DNA from: Cyanidioschyzon merolae
Lineage: Eukaryota
Assembly (NCBI GenBank): GCA_000091205.1
Contig: AP006501.2
Length of the DNA: 64,000 nt
Reading direction: 5' to 3' (one strand)
Shown: positions 22,954-34,167 of the stretch, piece by piece
Layout of the letters: each line of letters opens with the position of its first letter
How positions within the stretch are numbered: the stretch's first letter is position 1
The notes under the pieces: generated by a model
Databases searched by the model: none
Seen by the model: the letters and a program-made list of their open reading frames with translations, nothing else
What the model was told of the DNA's origin: nothing
Made by a program: the position numbers and the translations under genes

Positions 22954-25875
22954 ATGGCCGATTCTGGAGATGAAACGGAGTGGGAACTTGCTGCCGAGAA
23001 GTTTGTAGCGACTGTTGCACCGAAAGAAACTACTCCGTCTCGGGGGAGGCCCTCGAGTCGGGCGACGCGCTCGCCGTTGCGCGAGGCTCCGCCCGAGGCC
23101 GCGCCCAACGCGGGAGCCGGCACTGCAGGCCGACCTGGACGCAGTGCGGGCAGCTCGGGGCCCTCGGAACCCACCGCAGACACCACCACAGGCACCACAC
23201 GCGTCGCTCGAGGTGCCCAACCGAAACCTGCAGGCAAGCCGAGCGGCGTGGGTGGAAACAGAGGGAGCGACGTGGCTGCGGCCCCGTCTCAGGTTATTCA
23301 GGTTTTGCGTTTCAGCAGTGATGCGTCGCTCACAGCAACCGTTCGGGGGAGTCAAGCAAACCAGCAGGCGCTCTGGGATCGGGCGCGATCGGCGTTCGAG
23401 TCGGCGCTGCGTCGGAACGCAACACGACTGGAGCTCGATGCGCTGGCAGCGGCCCTGCAGACTGTAGGCGTCGACATCTCTCTTGGTCGAAACGCAGGCA
23501 CACGCGGCGGCGGACCTGCAACGAACGGGCCCACTGACGGCAGCGGTGGACGGCGTTCGGGAGCCGCTGCGGGCGGCACGGCGTCGCGAACTCCGCAGCC
23601 AGCGCTCACGCGAGGCCGCAACGCCTGGACCCCCTCGTTTCTGACCAAAACTGCGGATACGTCCGCTACAGAGGGGGAGAATCTGGTCAATTCCTCTCGA
23701 CGAAAAGCAAAAGCTATACTGAACAAACTCGTACCGGAGAAGTTCGTCACGCTAGCGCAGCAGATTCTTGATATGCCGCTCCATCATTACGACGTACTGG
23801 AAGCGGTGATTTCAGAAATCTTTGATAAAGCGCTTGCGGAGCCGTATTTTTGTGGAGTCTACGCAGATCTGTGTGAAGTTTTGAACCGCGCGCTTCCGAG
23901 CATCGCGATCGAGAGTGCTTCGGGGACCAAACAAACCAACTTTCGCAAAATGCTTCTCGCGCGCTGCCAAGCTGAGTTTGTGCAGCGCGCCCTAGCCTCG
24001 GAAGAGCGCGCAACAGACGAGCAGGAACTTGAGGTTTGCGCCCACAACCGACGCCGCACGCTAGGAAATACAATTTTCGTGGGTGAGCTCTTCAAGCGGC
24101 ATCTGCTGAGCGAAAAAATCATTCATGAGTGTGTACAGATGCTGCTGAAAGAGGGCGAGAACGAAGATAGCATCGAAACGCTTGCCAAGTTGCTCTCCGT
24201 CGCCGGCAGCAGCATGGATCGCCCTGAGGCTCGGTCCTACATGGACGCCTACTTTACCAAGATCGAAGAAATGGCAAACAACGCACAAATTCGAGCTCGT
24301 TATCGGTTTATGCTCAAGGATTGCGTTGAGCTGCGTAAGCAGAAATGGAAGCCGCGACGAGCCCAAGAACGGCCAGCGACACTGGATGAGATTCACGGGA
24401 AAAAGTCCGGCCGTGCCGCTCGGCAAGCGAGTCAGTCGCTGGCACGCAAAGCTGCTCAGCTGCGCTTCACGGGAGCTGATGCAGAGGCGCCCAAGCCGGA
24501 GGCGGAATCCACAGTTCCAGCAGGGCAAGTGTCCGCGTCTGCCACTGTCCAGGGTCGTGTTGAGAACGCCCGTAACCAGAACGTTGCCGGCGAGACGGTC
24601 ACGGACGCTGCACACGCCAAGTCGGAGTCGGGACCGGTCCCCGATCGGACTGTCGTTTGGACCGAAAACCCTGAACTATTGCGGACGTATATTCGTGGTA
24701 TCATTGAAGACTACGTGGTGAATCCGTATCCGGCAGAGGTACAGGTGGCGCTCACCGAGTCCGGACTTGCCGCACAGCCTGACCTGCTGGCTTTGGCTGG
24801 CGTTCAGGAACTCTTCTCCATGGTCTGCAGTGCGCGCGGGCATGAACGGCAGCCGCTTGTTCGATCCTTTGGAGATGCCTTCCAGCATGTACTTTCTAGG
24901 GAGAAGCTGCTCGAGGCTCTTGTATCGATTACGTCCAATTTGCTTACCTTCGAAGACGAGCTTGATATGCCTACAGCAGGCAAAGTTCTCGGCGAGTTTC
25001 TCGGGACGTTATGCACTAGCCACTGCGCTACGTTCTTACACGACGCTGCTGATATTCATACAGTACTGGCAGCGGTTCCGCCTAATAGACAGGCATCCGT
25101 GCTGCGTTCCTTCTTGGAAACGCTCTTCCGACAGTATCCTTCAGATATGCGAGAGCGCTTCGGCGCTTCCCTGCGAGCACTACGTCCGCTTTTCGTGTCG
25201 CTCCCGCAAACGGAACAGCGCGAACTCGAAGAGCTACTTGCAAAATATGAACTGCTTGAGCTCGTTCCCGAATGGCAGCTCCGACGCCAGCTCCAATACT
25301 ATCTGGAACCTGGAAAGGAGCGTATCGCAGATGCAGCAGACTGGTTGCGAAGCTTCCTGCCCAGAGTGCGGGAAACGCTACGCTCCGAGGACGCAACAGC
25401 ATCCACTGCAAAGTCCAGTCTGAACGAATGGTACGCCTTTTGTCGATTCACTGCGGACCATATCCTATCAACTTATGTCATGGAAGCGCAATCGAGTAGT
25501 ACGATGGATATCATGCGGCGACTACGCCTGATGGTGCCGCTTCTTCGTGAAACAGCCGGAAACATGCCCGCGACCGATGAAACCGACGACGACGACGACG
25601 ACAGTGACCCCGCGGAAGACAAGGAGTGGCGTCAAGCCCAAGTGGCTTTTGCAGTGCAAGCAGGTTGTTATCGTTTGGACTTTCCCACTGATCTCATAAG
25701 CGGCATGTTCCAGGTGCTGTACGACGCGGATGTGATCTCAGAGGAGGCATTCGATCGCTGGCGGGAAGATGTACACGATACGACACCAGGAAAGCTCAAG
25801 GCGCTATTTCATGTGAATGCTTTTCTGAATTGGCTCAAGGAGACTGATGAAGAACCGGAGAAATCCGATGTGTAA
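22954..25875 (+). CDS. eIF4G-like translation initiation factor (MIF4G domain plus C-terminal W2 domain)
   Basis: MIF4G core: KAKAILNKLVPEKFVTLAQQILDMP...VISEIFDKALAEPYFCGVYADLCEVL...TIFVGELFKRHLL. W2-like C-terminus: FQVLYDADVISEEAFDRWRED. The track start 22759 is a GTG inside the inverted-repeat/Fanzor tail. The first ATG, at 22954, is used here, and the true start may lie further downstream. Confidence 0.75.
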   Translation: MADSGDETEWELAAEKFVATVAPKETTPSRGRPSSRATRSPLREAPPEAAPNAGAGTAGRPGRSAGSSGPSEPTADTTTGTTRVARGAQPKPAGKPSGVGGNRGSDVAAAPSQVIQVLRFSSDASLTATVRGSQANQQALWDRARSAFESALRRNATRLELDALAAALQTVGVDISLGRNAGTRGGGPATNGPTDGSGGRRSGAAAGGTASRTPQPALTRGRNAWTPSFLTKTADTSATEGENLVNSSRRKAKAILNKLVPEKFVTLAQQILDMPLHHYDVLEAVISEIFDKALAEPYFCGVYADLCEVLNRALPSIAIESASGTKQTNFRKMLLARCQAEFVQRALASEERATDEQELEVCAHNRRRTLGNTIFVGELFKRHLLSEKIIHECVQMLLKEGENEDSIETLAKLLSVAGSSMDRPEARSYMDAYFTKIEEMANNAQIRARYRFMLKDCVELRKQKWKPRRAQERPATLDEIHGKKSGRAARQASQSLARKAAQLRFTGADAEAPKPEAESTVPAGQVSASATVQGRVENARNQNVAGETVTDAAHAKSESGPVPDRTVVWTENPELLRTYIRGIIEDYVVNPYPAEVQVALTESGLAAQPDLLALAGVQELFSMVCSARGHERQPLVRSFGDAFQHVLSREKLLEALVSITSNLLTFEDELDMPTAGKVLGEFLGTLCTSHCATFLHDAADIHTVLAAVPPNRQASVLRSFLETLFRQYPSDMRERFGASLRALRPLFVSLPQTEQRELEELLAKYELLELVPEWQLRRQLQYYLEPGKERIADAADWLRSFLPRVRETLRSEDATASTAKSSLNEWYAFCRFTADHILSTYVMEAQSSSTMDIMRRLRLMVPLLRETAGNMPATDETDDDDDDSDPAEDKEWRQAQVAFAVQAGCYRLDFPTDLISGMFQVLYDADVISEEAFDRWREDVHDTTPGKLKALFHVNAFLNWLKETDEEPEKSDV

Positions 25876-26297
25876 AAGCGACGCGATGCTAGCGCTCCAG
25901 TGCAACGTCCCGAAACTCGATGGCGCTTCGGTCCAATGCGTCCTGGATGAACGCACCCGTTCGTCGTGCCGCGGAGCCTGCTGTCCGATGGATGCGGTAT
26001 ATCGAAGATCCCGCATCACCGCGCTGCACGAGGGGTTATGCGAATATACGCTTCATTGCAGAGTCGCGAATATGGTCATTCTGAAACTTGCTGTTTGCTC
26101 CGCCACTGGGACCCGATCAACCGCAGTGCTCGGGTTTCGACGCCAGTCACAGAAGACGCCTGTTGAACATTCGCTGGATGCAGCCGGTCTGCGATGTGAA
26201 ACGACACCCATGCGTTCGCGTACGCATACATCTATAACATACCTCCCGTCCGGTCGACGCCTCGAGAGCTCGGTCGTAAGTCATGCAAACCGTACGT

Positions 26298-26890
26298 TTA
26301 TGCCGTGGATATGACCTGAGCAATAACGAGCTCGACATCGCCGTCACAGATCGCTTGCTTCACCAGTCCTCCGTACGAACGCAACAGAGGTACTTGAGCG
26401 TCGCTTTTCCCGTCGATCGTATCCCGCCACGGGCGATCATCGAGGATACTCAAGACCCAGTTAAGTTCTGCTGTCATCGCAGGCCCATCACGCTGACTAT
26501 CGTAACAACCCTGCAGACTCTCGATGAGGAAAGCTTCACCAGCGGCGAAAAGCTCCTCTTCAGCCGATGCTGCCTTTGCTGCTGTCTCGTTGTTCGCGTG
26601 ATAGGCATAGCGCTGAAAGCGGATCCCGCGCAAGTGACCGGAGCAGCCCAAGACCACTGCTGCGTCAAGCTGTCGACCTGTAAGAATCTTCCGCACAGCA
26701 GTCATGAGCTCGGATCCCGAGCGTACCCGTGAAACGTACATGCGGCTGTTGCTCTGATCGTCTGGAACGGCCATTCCGAAAGCTACACGAATACCGGGTA
26801 CTGCGACTTGCGTCCCGTGATCTAACAAGCCTACTTGCACGGCGTGCGCTTCGAGTTCGTCTACAACAGGTCCATCGTTTGGCGCTGAAC

Positions 26891-26936
<46 letters not shown>

Positions 26937-27599
26937 TTCGGCGCTGGACGGCATCCGGTCCGGCTGCGTTTCTCCTGGTTCCTCGGCGGCCGCTGCCTTA
27001 CTGCCTCGCGTGTGTGTTCCTTCTTCGCTGATGCTCCTTCGTTCAGGACGGAGATGTCCACTGGCAAACAGGAAGAAACGATCTCCAAGAGACCGTCGTC
27101 GACCACCCTGAATGTAGGACACAACAACCGGTTGTTGATAGCGGCTGCCGTGCGCTGTGCACCAGTCTGCTGCCTCGATAACAAACGGCTGGAATGCGTT
27201 TGCTCCTTCTAAAGTGAACGCAAGCCGATTCTGTTCTTGAGATGGGTGGGCGCGTTCTGCTTCCCATGCCTTCCACTGGGACTCGCCAACCACGTGCTCG
27301 AGACGCTGGGGCGCGTCATAGGTTCGGCACTCCTGCTGAATACCAAGGCGCTGATGGAACTCATCCAGGATGGCCTCTGGCGTCTCTGGACGCGGCTCGA
27401 GCGGTTTCCGAACTCGACCGCACGTCACCACGCCGTAGCTTGACACCGTAAACGCCATAGGGAGTGAAGCGGAGTTCATAAACTCCACGAGGCCGTTGAG
27501 CAAGTCGACACCAGGCTCCAACACGCAAAATAGAATGCGCAACGGGAGTGAACTCGGAGGGCGTACCGAGACGCGCGCTTTTGATGTTGGTGCGTCCAT
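26298..27599 (-). CDS. Hypothetical protein with two PPC/DUF296-like modules and an internal poly-Ala tract
   Basis: ATG at 27599 verified. Two similar blocks (RILFCVLEPGVDLLNGLVEFMNSASLPMAFTVSSYGVVTCGRV and RMYVSRVRSGSELMTAVRKILTGRQLDAAVVLGCSGHLRGIRF) resemble the PPC domain pattern. The poly-Ala tract is encoded by (GCT/GCA)n at about 26886-26935. Confidence 0.4.
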
Positions 27600-28116
27600 G
27601 TTTGCAGGCTAGCACCAGTGTGTCCCTGGGTCGCTCGAAACGAGAACCAACGCACCGTGCGTGTGTTCGTCGAACGAGCAGTCTCTGGTGGTAGCGACGA
27701 GTGAATGCGGAGTGTTCAAGAGAGTTCCTCACGATCAGCAGAGTGACTCGAGAGGCACGTACCAAAGAATAGAGTTAATCGGTTCCCTGGCCTGTCTACG
27801 AGGGGACGCAAAGGCGTCCTTGGGGTTGTTCTACGAAAACGACTCGTTCCACCTGCGCAGCGCACTTGAATGGACTCCACCAGTGGTGAAACTTTGACAC
27901 CTGTAAACCAACCTGGGTCCAACGGGCCTCTCTTCGCGCTATCACCGTACCCATCGAAAAGCAACGCTCAACAGTGGTGCGCAGTACATTGCAAGTGGCT
28001 GTCAGTCGAATGCTCTGGAGAGAAACATCTCCTCGTTCCGTCGGGATTGTGCGGTGCGGTGCGGTGCGGTGCGCGTGGAGCGGCGTCACGATAGCAGGAA
28101 GGAGGATTATGTTGAC

Positions 28117-29451
28117 GTTTAGCTCAGATAAACATGGAACATTGACCCATCCGCTATGTTCCTTTTCATATGATTTTTTCTGAGCGATCTTAGATGCACC
28201 ATTGGCATTCGAGGTGCAGCAGTAGGTGCGTACGGATTCATACGTGGTTTCGGGGCTCCAGCTTGTCTATTCAGTGTGCCGCTATCGACTAGTTGGTGCT
28301 GGAATTTTTTAGTGCGCTGGAATCAAAACATTACGTGTTGCTATCGAATACGGGATCGCAACAGAATACATGTCACTGACCAAATCGTATGTACAAGCGT
28401 CCGCTCTCCTCCTTTGCTACCGTTTCGTATGCTTCAGTCACGCAATCTTCGTGTTTTCCATTTTTCCGTATCACAGAGGCTCGTGAGTGCGGCTACTCGT
28501 ACCGCCAGATTGACGCGGATAATACCTCGACAACGCCCCGTAGCGGCCGCTTTGTAAGCGCATCCCCAACAGTCACTGAACCTGTCACGTCAAATGATCC
28601 TGATCGATTGAACGGCAAATCCGTCTGCCTTCGTGGGCATCGACGGAACTGCATTCACGCTCAGCTTGATCCATCTCACCGGGCTATGCTGGCAGGGTCT
28701 CCCGTCTCTCCTGCTAGAATGTGAGAGCATCGTCGACTAGGGCTTGGGTTAGCGCAGCGATCGCTTCCGGGGCGGCGAGCGCCTCACCGCTTCTGACCGA
28801 GTCAGCGTCGACGGATCGAGAATGCTCGACATTGTGCACCGACCTGGACTTTGCTGCAGATACCTCTATTATCCTGGATACGATCGCGTTCCGCATACGC
28901 TCTATCGAACGGAGCAGCGTGCGCTTTCGAGTGCAGCGGACAGCGTACTTGCCAAGCGTCCGCTCAGGAGTGGAAACAGCGGCGGGTTCCATGTCGAACC
29001 TCGTTTACTGCGAATAGCACGTACACGGGCAAAGCGTGTAGGCATCACGCGCGATAGGGCGACGCTCGGATGACGAGGGTGTTTGGCGAACACACGGGAA
29101 CGACTACCGTTATCCAAGCGTCGCTGCTGCAGCGCACGAATCTATTCTGTATATGAGCAAGATGAGCGCGACGAGGGAAGCGAAGCTCGTAACGTCCGCC
29201 TGTACGTGACCTGCAGTGAGCACAGCCAAAAGCAACGAGACCGACACATGAGCGCTGCACTCCATGTCCTTCGACGAAGGAGAACGCGGCTGGCGTGAGA
29301 GGAAACGGAGGCATATGGAAACACGGAGAGAAGCGAAAGGACCGAGAGGCAGTCGCACCAGAAACCGTAAGGGCTGGTCTTGACGACGCCCGAGAACACA
29401 CTTAAACTTTAGCTCGCATACCCGCATAAGAGGTGCATTTTCATACTACGC
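28117..29451. repeat. Direct repeat copy 2
   Basis: Near-identical to 8532-9886. Confidence 0.85.
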
Positions 29452-29904
29452 TAAAACGGGACTACTCATGCGCATACGGAGGTACAGATGTCGTGCACCG
29501 ATAGCGTTCCAAGCGCATCCACTTCGGAGTATCGATTCCCGAACCGCTCTCTTCAGTCTATATATGGTGACGCCTCATCGCCCTTGTGCCCTTCTTACCG
29601 TGTACGAAAGTAACTCGGGCCGCACGAAACACGTCATCAAAGTAGTGCTGCCTGCGGCGGCTGGCCCTCGAGCCTCCACTGTCACGCGGAACGTTTTCGT
29701 TGCGACGTCGACGGCGAGGACGCGCTTGGGGTCGCTTTGACGAGAGGCACTCACGTTTACGTCACTGGACCAGTAAAGGCGCTGGTTTCACGCGAAAGTT
29801 ACCAGTTCATCTTTCGCGACACGTCTGACGTTGTTTGTGAAGAACGCCCTGTCGAGGCCGTCAACAACGAAAACGCCCCTGTGTCCCATGCAGTTGTTAC
29901 CCAA

Positions 29905-30738
29905 ATGCAAGTTGTTCGCTGGCAACCCCGTCTTCCAGACACTTTCGTCGAGGAGCGGTTTTCGACGATTAGTGTGAGCGAGAGAAAAACAACACTCGTC
30001 GACACCGAAGATGCCGAGGACAGCACCACACTCTACCGACGAGCTGGCGAAACACCGGGCCTTCGACCGCAGTCCGTCGATACCGAGTCCGGTTTCTGGC
30101 TCTGGGAAGGTGCCCTGGACCTCGTTCACTACCTTAGTCAACTTGGCGAATCATGCTGCTGTAAGCAGATAGGTGTTCGTCATGGAGCGCTCGAAATACT
30201 CGAGATCGGTTGTGGTCACGCTCTACCCGCAATCTACTTGGCCCGCCAAGGGCACTGCGTCCGCGTCGACTTCCAGGATCATAGCTGTCAAGTTTTAGAG
30301 ACGATTACGCAGCCAAACGTATGGCGTAACGGTATCTGGAAACAACTGCACCATGAACCGCAGTTTTACGCTGGCTCGTGGCAGTCCTGGCTCGAAGATG
30401 CGTCTATGGATCGGCGTTACGACTTGATTCTGGCCAGCGAGACAGTCTACAGCAGAGCGTCTACAAGATTATGCCTGCAGGTATGTCGGAAGCTTCTGAA
30501 ACCGCACGGGATGGCTCTTTTTTCCGGAAAAACCGTGTACTTTGGTTTAGATGGTGGAATGGTTGAGTTGGTGGATATCTTGCACGAAATCGGTGGCCAG
30601 TCGCATTTGCTCTGGTGCACGAGTCAGCAGATAGCTGCGACTCGACGAGAGATTCGATCCGTAGCGTTTGATATTGGTGCAAGACCGACTCCAGCGAATC
30701 CCGCTTGCCCTATTTCCGCTGCTCCCAGCGGGGGATAA
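29905..30738 (+). CDS. Methyltransf_16-family (METTL21/METTL18-like) putative protein N-methyltransferase
   Basis: Motifs: ESGFWLWEGALDLVHYL, the SAM-binding LEIGCGHALPAIYLA, and YDLILASETVY. The track start 29737 is a TTG; the first in-frame ATG is at 29905. Confidence 0.5.
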   Translation: MQVVRWQPRLPDTFVEERFSTISVSERKTTLVDTEDAEDSTTLYRRAGETPGLRPQSVDTESGFWLWEGALDLVHYLSQLGESCCCKQIGVRHGALEILEIGCGHALPAIYLARQGHCVRVDFQDHSCQVLETITQPNVWRNGIWKQLHHEPQFYAGSWQSWLEDASMDRRYDLILASETVYSRASTRLCLQVCRKLLKPHGMALFSGKTVYFGLDGGMVELVDILHEIGGQSHLLWCTSQQIAATRREIRSVAFDIGARPTPANPACPISAAPSGG

Positions 30739-31070
30739 GGCTTCTGCGCATCGTCTCTGCGAAACGTGCTGAACGAAATGCATTTTGTACCGAACCGATG
30801 CGCTCTCCTGACCGGGATGAAAAATGAGCTCGTCAAAGTCCAAAAATTGCTCCGTGTAAAGAGAAATGTGATTGGTGGAAGCTGGCGTTCATGTTGAACC
30901 ACCACGAAGTCGCTTTTGGCGTTGATGGGGTCGCAGGAACTGCGGCGGCAGCAGCGCGCAGCGTACGGTACTGCTGGCTTCAAAAGTAGAAAAGAAACAA
31001 TGTATAGAGCTATAGCGCTCATCGTGCGAATAAATCCAGGTTTGCAGATGAAATGCTCACTGCTTATAAC

Positions 31071-31098
31071 CATGTGTGTGTGTGTGTGTGCGTGTGTG
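31071..31098. repeat. (TG)n microsatellite
   Basis: 'tgtgtgtgtgtgtgtgtgcgtgtgtg'. Confidence 0.8.
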
Positions 31099-31743
31099 AG
31101 GTCGCGCTGTGCACCTCGTGGACCCGCTGGTGTATCAGCATCCGTCAAGTACTGCTTTCAAACTCCTGAACACGTTCATGAGATGACTAAAGAGCGTTCC
31201 CCATGAAACATACGTCATAAACGGGAGCATCTCCCAGTGCTAGCCAGGAGGAGTCCGTCCTCGACAGCCTTTCTATAATGTAGCTCCGAATGCGGGCGCG
31301 AAACAAGAGCCGCCCTCCGCCGCTGGGGACGCAGCACGAGTCTACCGGAGGAGCTTTTCCGGGCACATGCCCCGTTGTGGCTGCTTTCTGCGCACTCGAC
31401 GCTCTGGCTCCGAACACCGCATCGTTGTTGTTCGCAGCAGTCAATTTTGCATCCGACGGAATCGTTTTTAGATCAAGGATTGGTGCATGATGCCCGGAAA
31501 ATCGTATCAAAGCTTCTCAGCGTGTCGATCATACTCCATTGAACACACAGGGCGAAGATGCTCGCGCTCCTGAGCATACAAAGCCGCAGGTTTCGACACG
31601 GTGGTAATGCATCTGCCTCAGATCGGACGCTACGTTGTTCTGGCCTCGTATGGTAGGCTGGATGCCTGCAACGCTGCCAAATACTCGACACCAGAGGCTG
31701 CTCTGAACACGCACATGTTCTTTTCGATGCGTCTCCAGGCAGT

Positions 31744-33444
31744 TCATCGTCGCGGCGGCGGTCGCCATGTTGGAATCAACGAGCAAACAAAAGCGATAAT
31801 CACCAGATAGAGGCCTCGCAGGAAGCGCAGCACTCTGGTAGACAGCGGTTCCTGCCTTGAAGTCGCCGCCGCTTCGAAGGATGCGTCTCGTCCAGAGGCG
31901 GATGAGGAATTCCTGGGCACCGGTCGCGCTCCACTTTCACCAGTTGCTGGAACAAGCGTTTGCATCTGCATTCGAGCCCAGAGTTGGCTCGATAGCGACT
32001 CGACATAGCGTCGAAGCGGACCCAGCGCACCCGTTTGAAAGAGGTAGATCAGGACCGCCAACCCAATAAGGAGCAACAGGCGATCTCGTCCACCATCCTG
32101 GCTAAGGAGAATCACCATAAACGTCAGTTTGGAGACCAGTGCCCAGTCAAGTGCCGGCATCCGAACACGAATGGCAATCATCCGAACGGGTATCGCTCCA
32201 GCTGCACCAGCACGGAGCATATTTCCCGGAAGCTGGTGACGTTCAGCAGCTTCCAAAGCGCTCCTCGATATCGATGAGCGTGCCGCAGCGCCCGTCCCAT
32301 GGCCGCTGGAGGCAGAAAGACCACTCGATTGGCTGTGATTCGCCAGCAGATACGACGGCGGTACCCCGCCTGCCTCATGCGTCGCGTAATACTCTGTTAA
32401 GCACCGGTTGTACTCCTCGTATGCTCGAAGCATTCGCGCATATGCCTGTACTAGCTGGAGTGTCTGCTCATCAAGCCGCACATGCAGGCTCGCCTGCTCC
32501 GCGTTCGTCGACGCCCTTGCAGCGTCGAGCCTATGCTGCAGATTCCGCGAGTGCTCAGTCCCGTTGTGCTGTTCTTCAGAAGGTTGTCTGGTCTCCTGCT
32601 CAGCAGTGGCGTTCGACAGAGCGCGCCACGCTGTCGCTGGAGTTGTTGCGGAGTCTGCATCGAGCGCGCGTTGCTGCTGCGACTGAGGTTGCGACTGACC
32701 CTCGTCCAAGGCCCAAGCTTCGTCGAAGAGCGCCGCATCCGAGGATCCCTCCTGTCTACCAGCAGCTACAGCGGAAAGCGCCGGTGAGCGCTCCGCATCA
32801 GAAACAGAACCCAGGCGTTCGCGACTAGCGTCGCTAAATGTTAAGACTTCACCAGAGTTTGTGCTTGGCGCAGAATTCACCTCGATGCTAGCAAGGCTCT
32901 CCAGCTGTTGCCCGCTAACGACTGCATCCCGCGTTATCCCTGTGGAGCGCTCGGCTGACGTTAGCCCGCGCTCACTAGTCACCACGAGATGAAATACCGC
33001 GAACAGCGGGGGCGAGGCGCTTTCACCGGTCTCCGTACCGTTGCTCCCTACGCAAGAAGATGCTCGGGCGTCGTCGCCAAGCTCCCCGACAACTGCTCGT
33101 GACATACCGACTATTTCTCGAATACACTCTCCGTCCTGCAATAGACGACCTCCGTAAACGAGTCTCTGCTGCTCTGGTGCAGGATGAAAAGGATGCTCCA
33201 GGTGCACTCGACGCTTCAGGTCCCCGACAGTTGACTCGGGCTCAACCGACAATACATAGGAGCGCCCCGCTGCGTCAGATACGATGTTGGGTGTCTTGAG
33301 CAGAACGCGAACTGCACCAGCAGTGCCGTGTGATGCGCTCCGAGCAGTCGAGGAGCACGCTCCGGGTCCCGGTGAGCCTGGTGGTCGCTCCTGATCAGCG
33401 TCGCTCGACTCGGGAGTCCCGCGGGGTACGTCCATCTGGTTCAT
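31744..33444 (-). CDS. Ubiquitin-like-domain protein with C-terminal transmembrane segments (Herp/HERPUD-like)
   Basis: N-terminal UBL: SYVLSVEPESTVGDLKRRVHLEHPF...QQRLVYGGRLLQDGECIREIV. Hydrophobic C-terminus: LTFMVILLSQDGGRDRLLLLIGLAVLIYLF...LYLVIIAFVCSLIP. The track start is a TTG; the first ATG is at 33444 (MNQMDVP), verified. Confidence 0.5.
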   Translation of the reverse strand: MNQMDVPRGTPESSDADQERPPGSPGPGACSSTARSASHGTAGAVRVLLKTPNIVSDAAGRSYVLSVEPESTVGDLKRRVHLEHPFHPAPEQQRLVYGGRLLQDGECIREIVGMSRAVVGELGDDARASSCVGSNGTETGESASPPLFAVFHLVVTSERGLTSAERSTGITRDAVVSGQQLESLASIEVNSAPSTNSGEVLTFSDASRERLGSVSDAERSPALSAVAAGRQEGSSDAALFDEAWALDEGQSQPQSQQQRALDADSATTPATAWRALSNATAEQETRQPSEEQHNGTEHSRNLQHRLDAARASTNAEQASLHVRLDEQTLQLVQAYARMLRAYEEYNRCLTEYYATHEAGGVPPSYLLANHSQSSGLSASSGHGTGAAARSSISRSALEAAERHQLPGNMLRAGAAGAIPVRMIAIRVRMPALDWALVSKLTFMVILLSQDGGRDRLLLLIGLAVLIYLFQTGALGPLRRYVESLSSQLWARMQMQTLVPATGESGARPVPRNSSSASGRDASFEAAATSRQEPLSTRVLRFLRGLYLVIIAFVCSLIPTWRPPPRR

Positions 33445-34167
33445 CTTATTTGTCAGCGCACAGACGTCGCGCTGTTGCAACTGAAGCTGGTACAGCGGCT
33501 ACTGCTTCCAGGTTCCAGATGCGGTCGTCGCCTCAACTCGGGGGCCAGTGTCTTCTGCCGAAGAGACCTCCCCTTGAACCTGCAGTGCCCTGTTCACAGA
33601 ACTTCTTCACGCAAAGCAGTGTCCAGCAAGTGCCCTTATATAGCCCCGAATGGAAACCTTGATCTGTTTCCGTTGTCGTGCTGGTTGTCCTAGGCGTACA
33701 CCCAGCAAGCTCGAGGCTTCGACTCCAACGCGTCGCAAACAACCGACCGCGTGAGGTGCTGCGGCGTCGATACGCCTGCGAACCGGCTCGCAGTTAGCCT
33801 AGAACGCTGCCGGTTTTCCTGCAGCAGAAACGAGCAGCGCAGGCGCCTTGTAGCGACCAGAGCAGTGGGCATCATCTCTGGATGCCTATTGAAGCTAACG
33901 CTGAGCAAGATTTCAAGACCAGACCAATAGCAGCGTCACTTGGACGGAACGCTTTCGAGTGGTCGTCCAGAGCGGCAGCGCGTGTCCGTACCTGCAGCCG
34001 TTTGCCACAACTGCGTCTGTGCGATCCTCTTTTATACCCAATATAAGGAAGAGGAAAGCGTTTGTGAACGTGGCACCTGCGACCCGTGAGAGCGGTGTGA
34101 GCGCTAAGTTGCAACCCGGTAGCGCTGAGCGTTTTGGAGGCGCACACACGCTTTCCGTTACGGCCTC

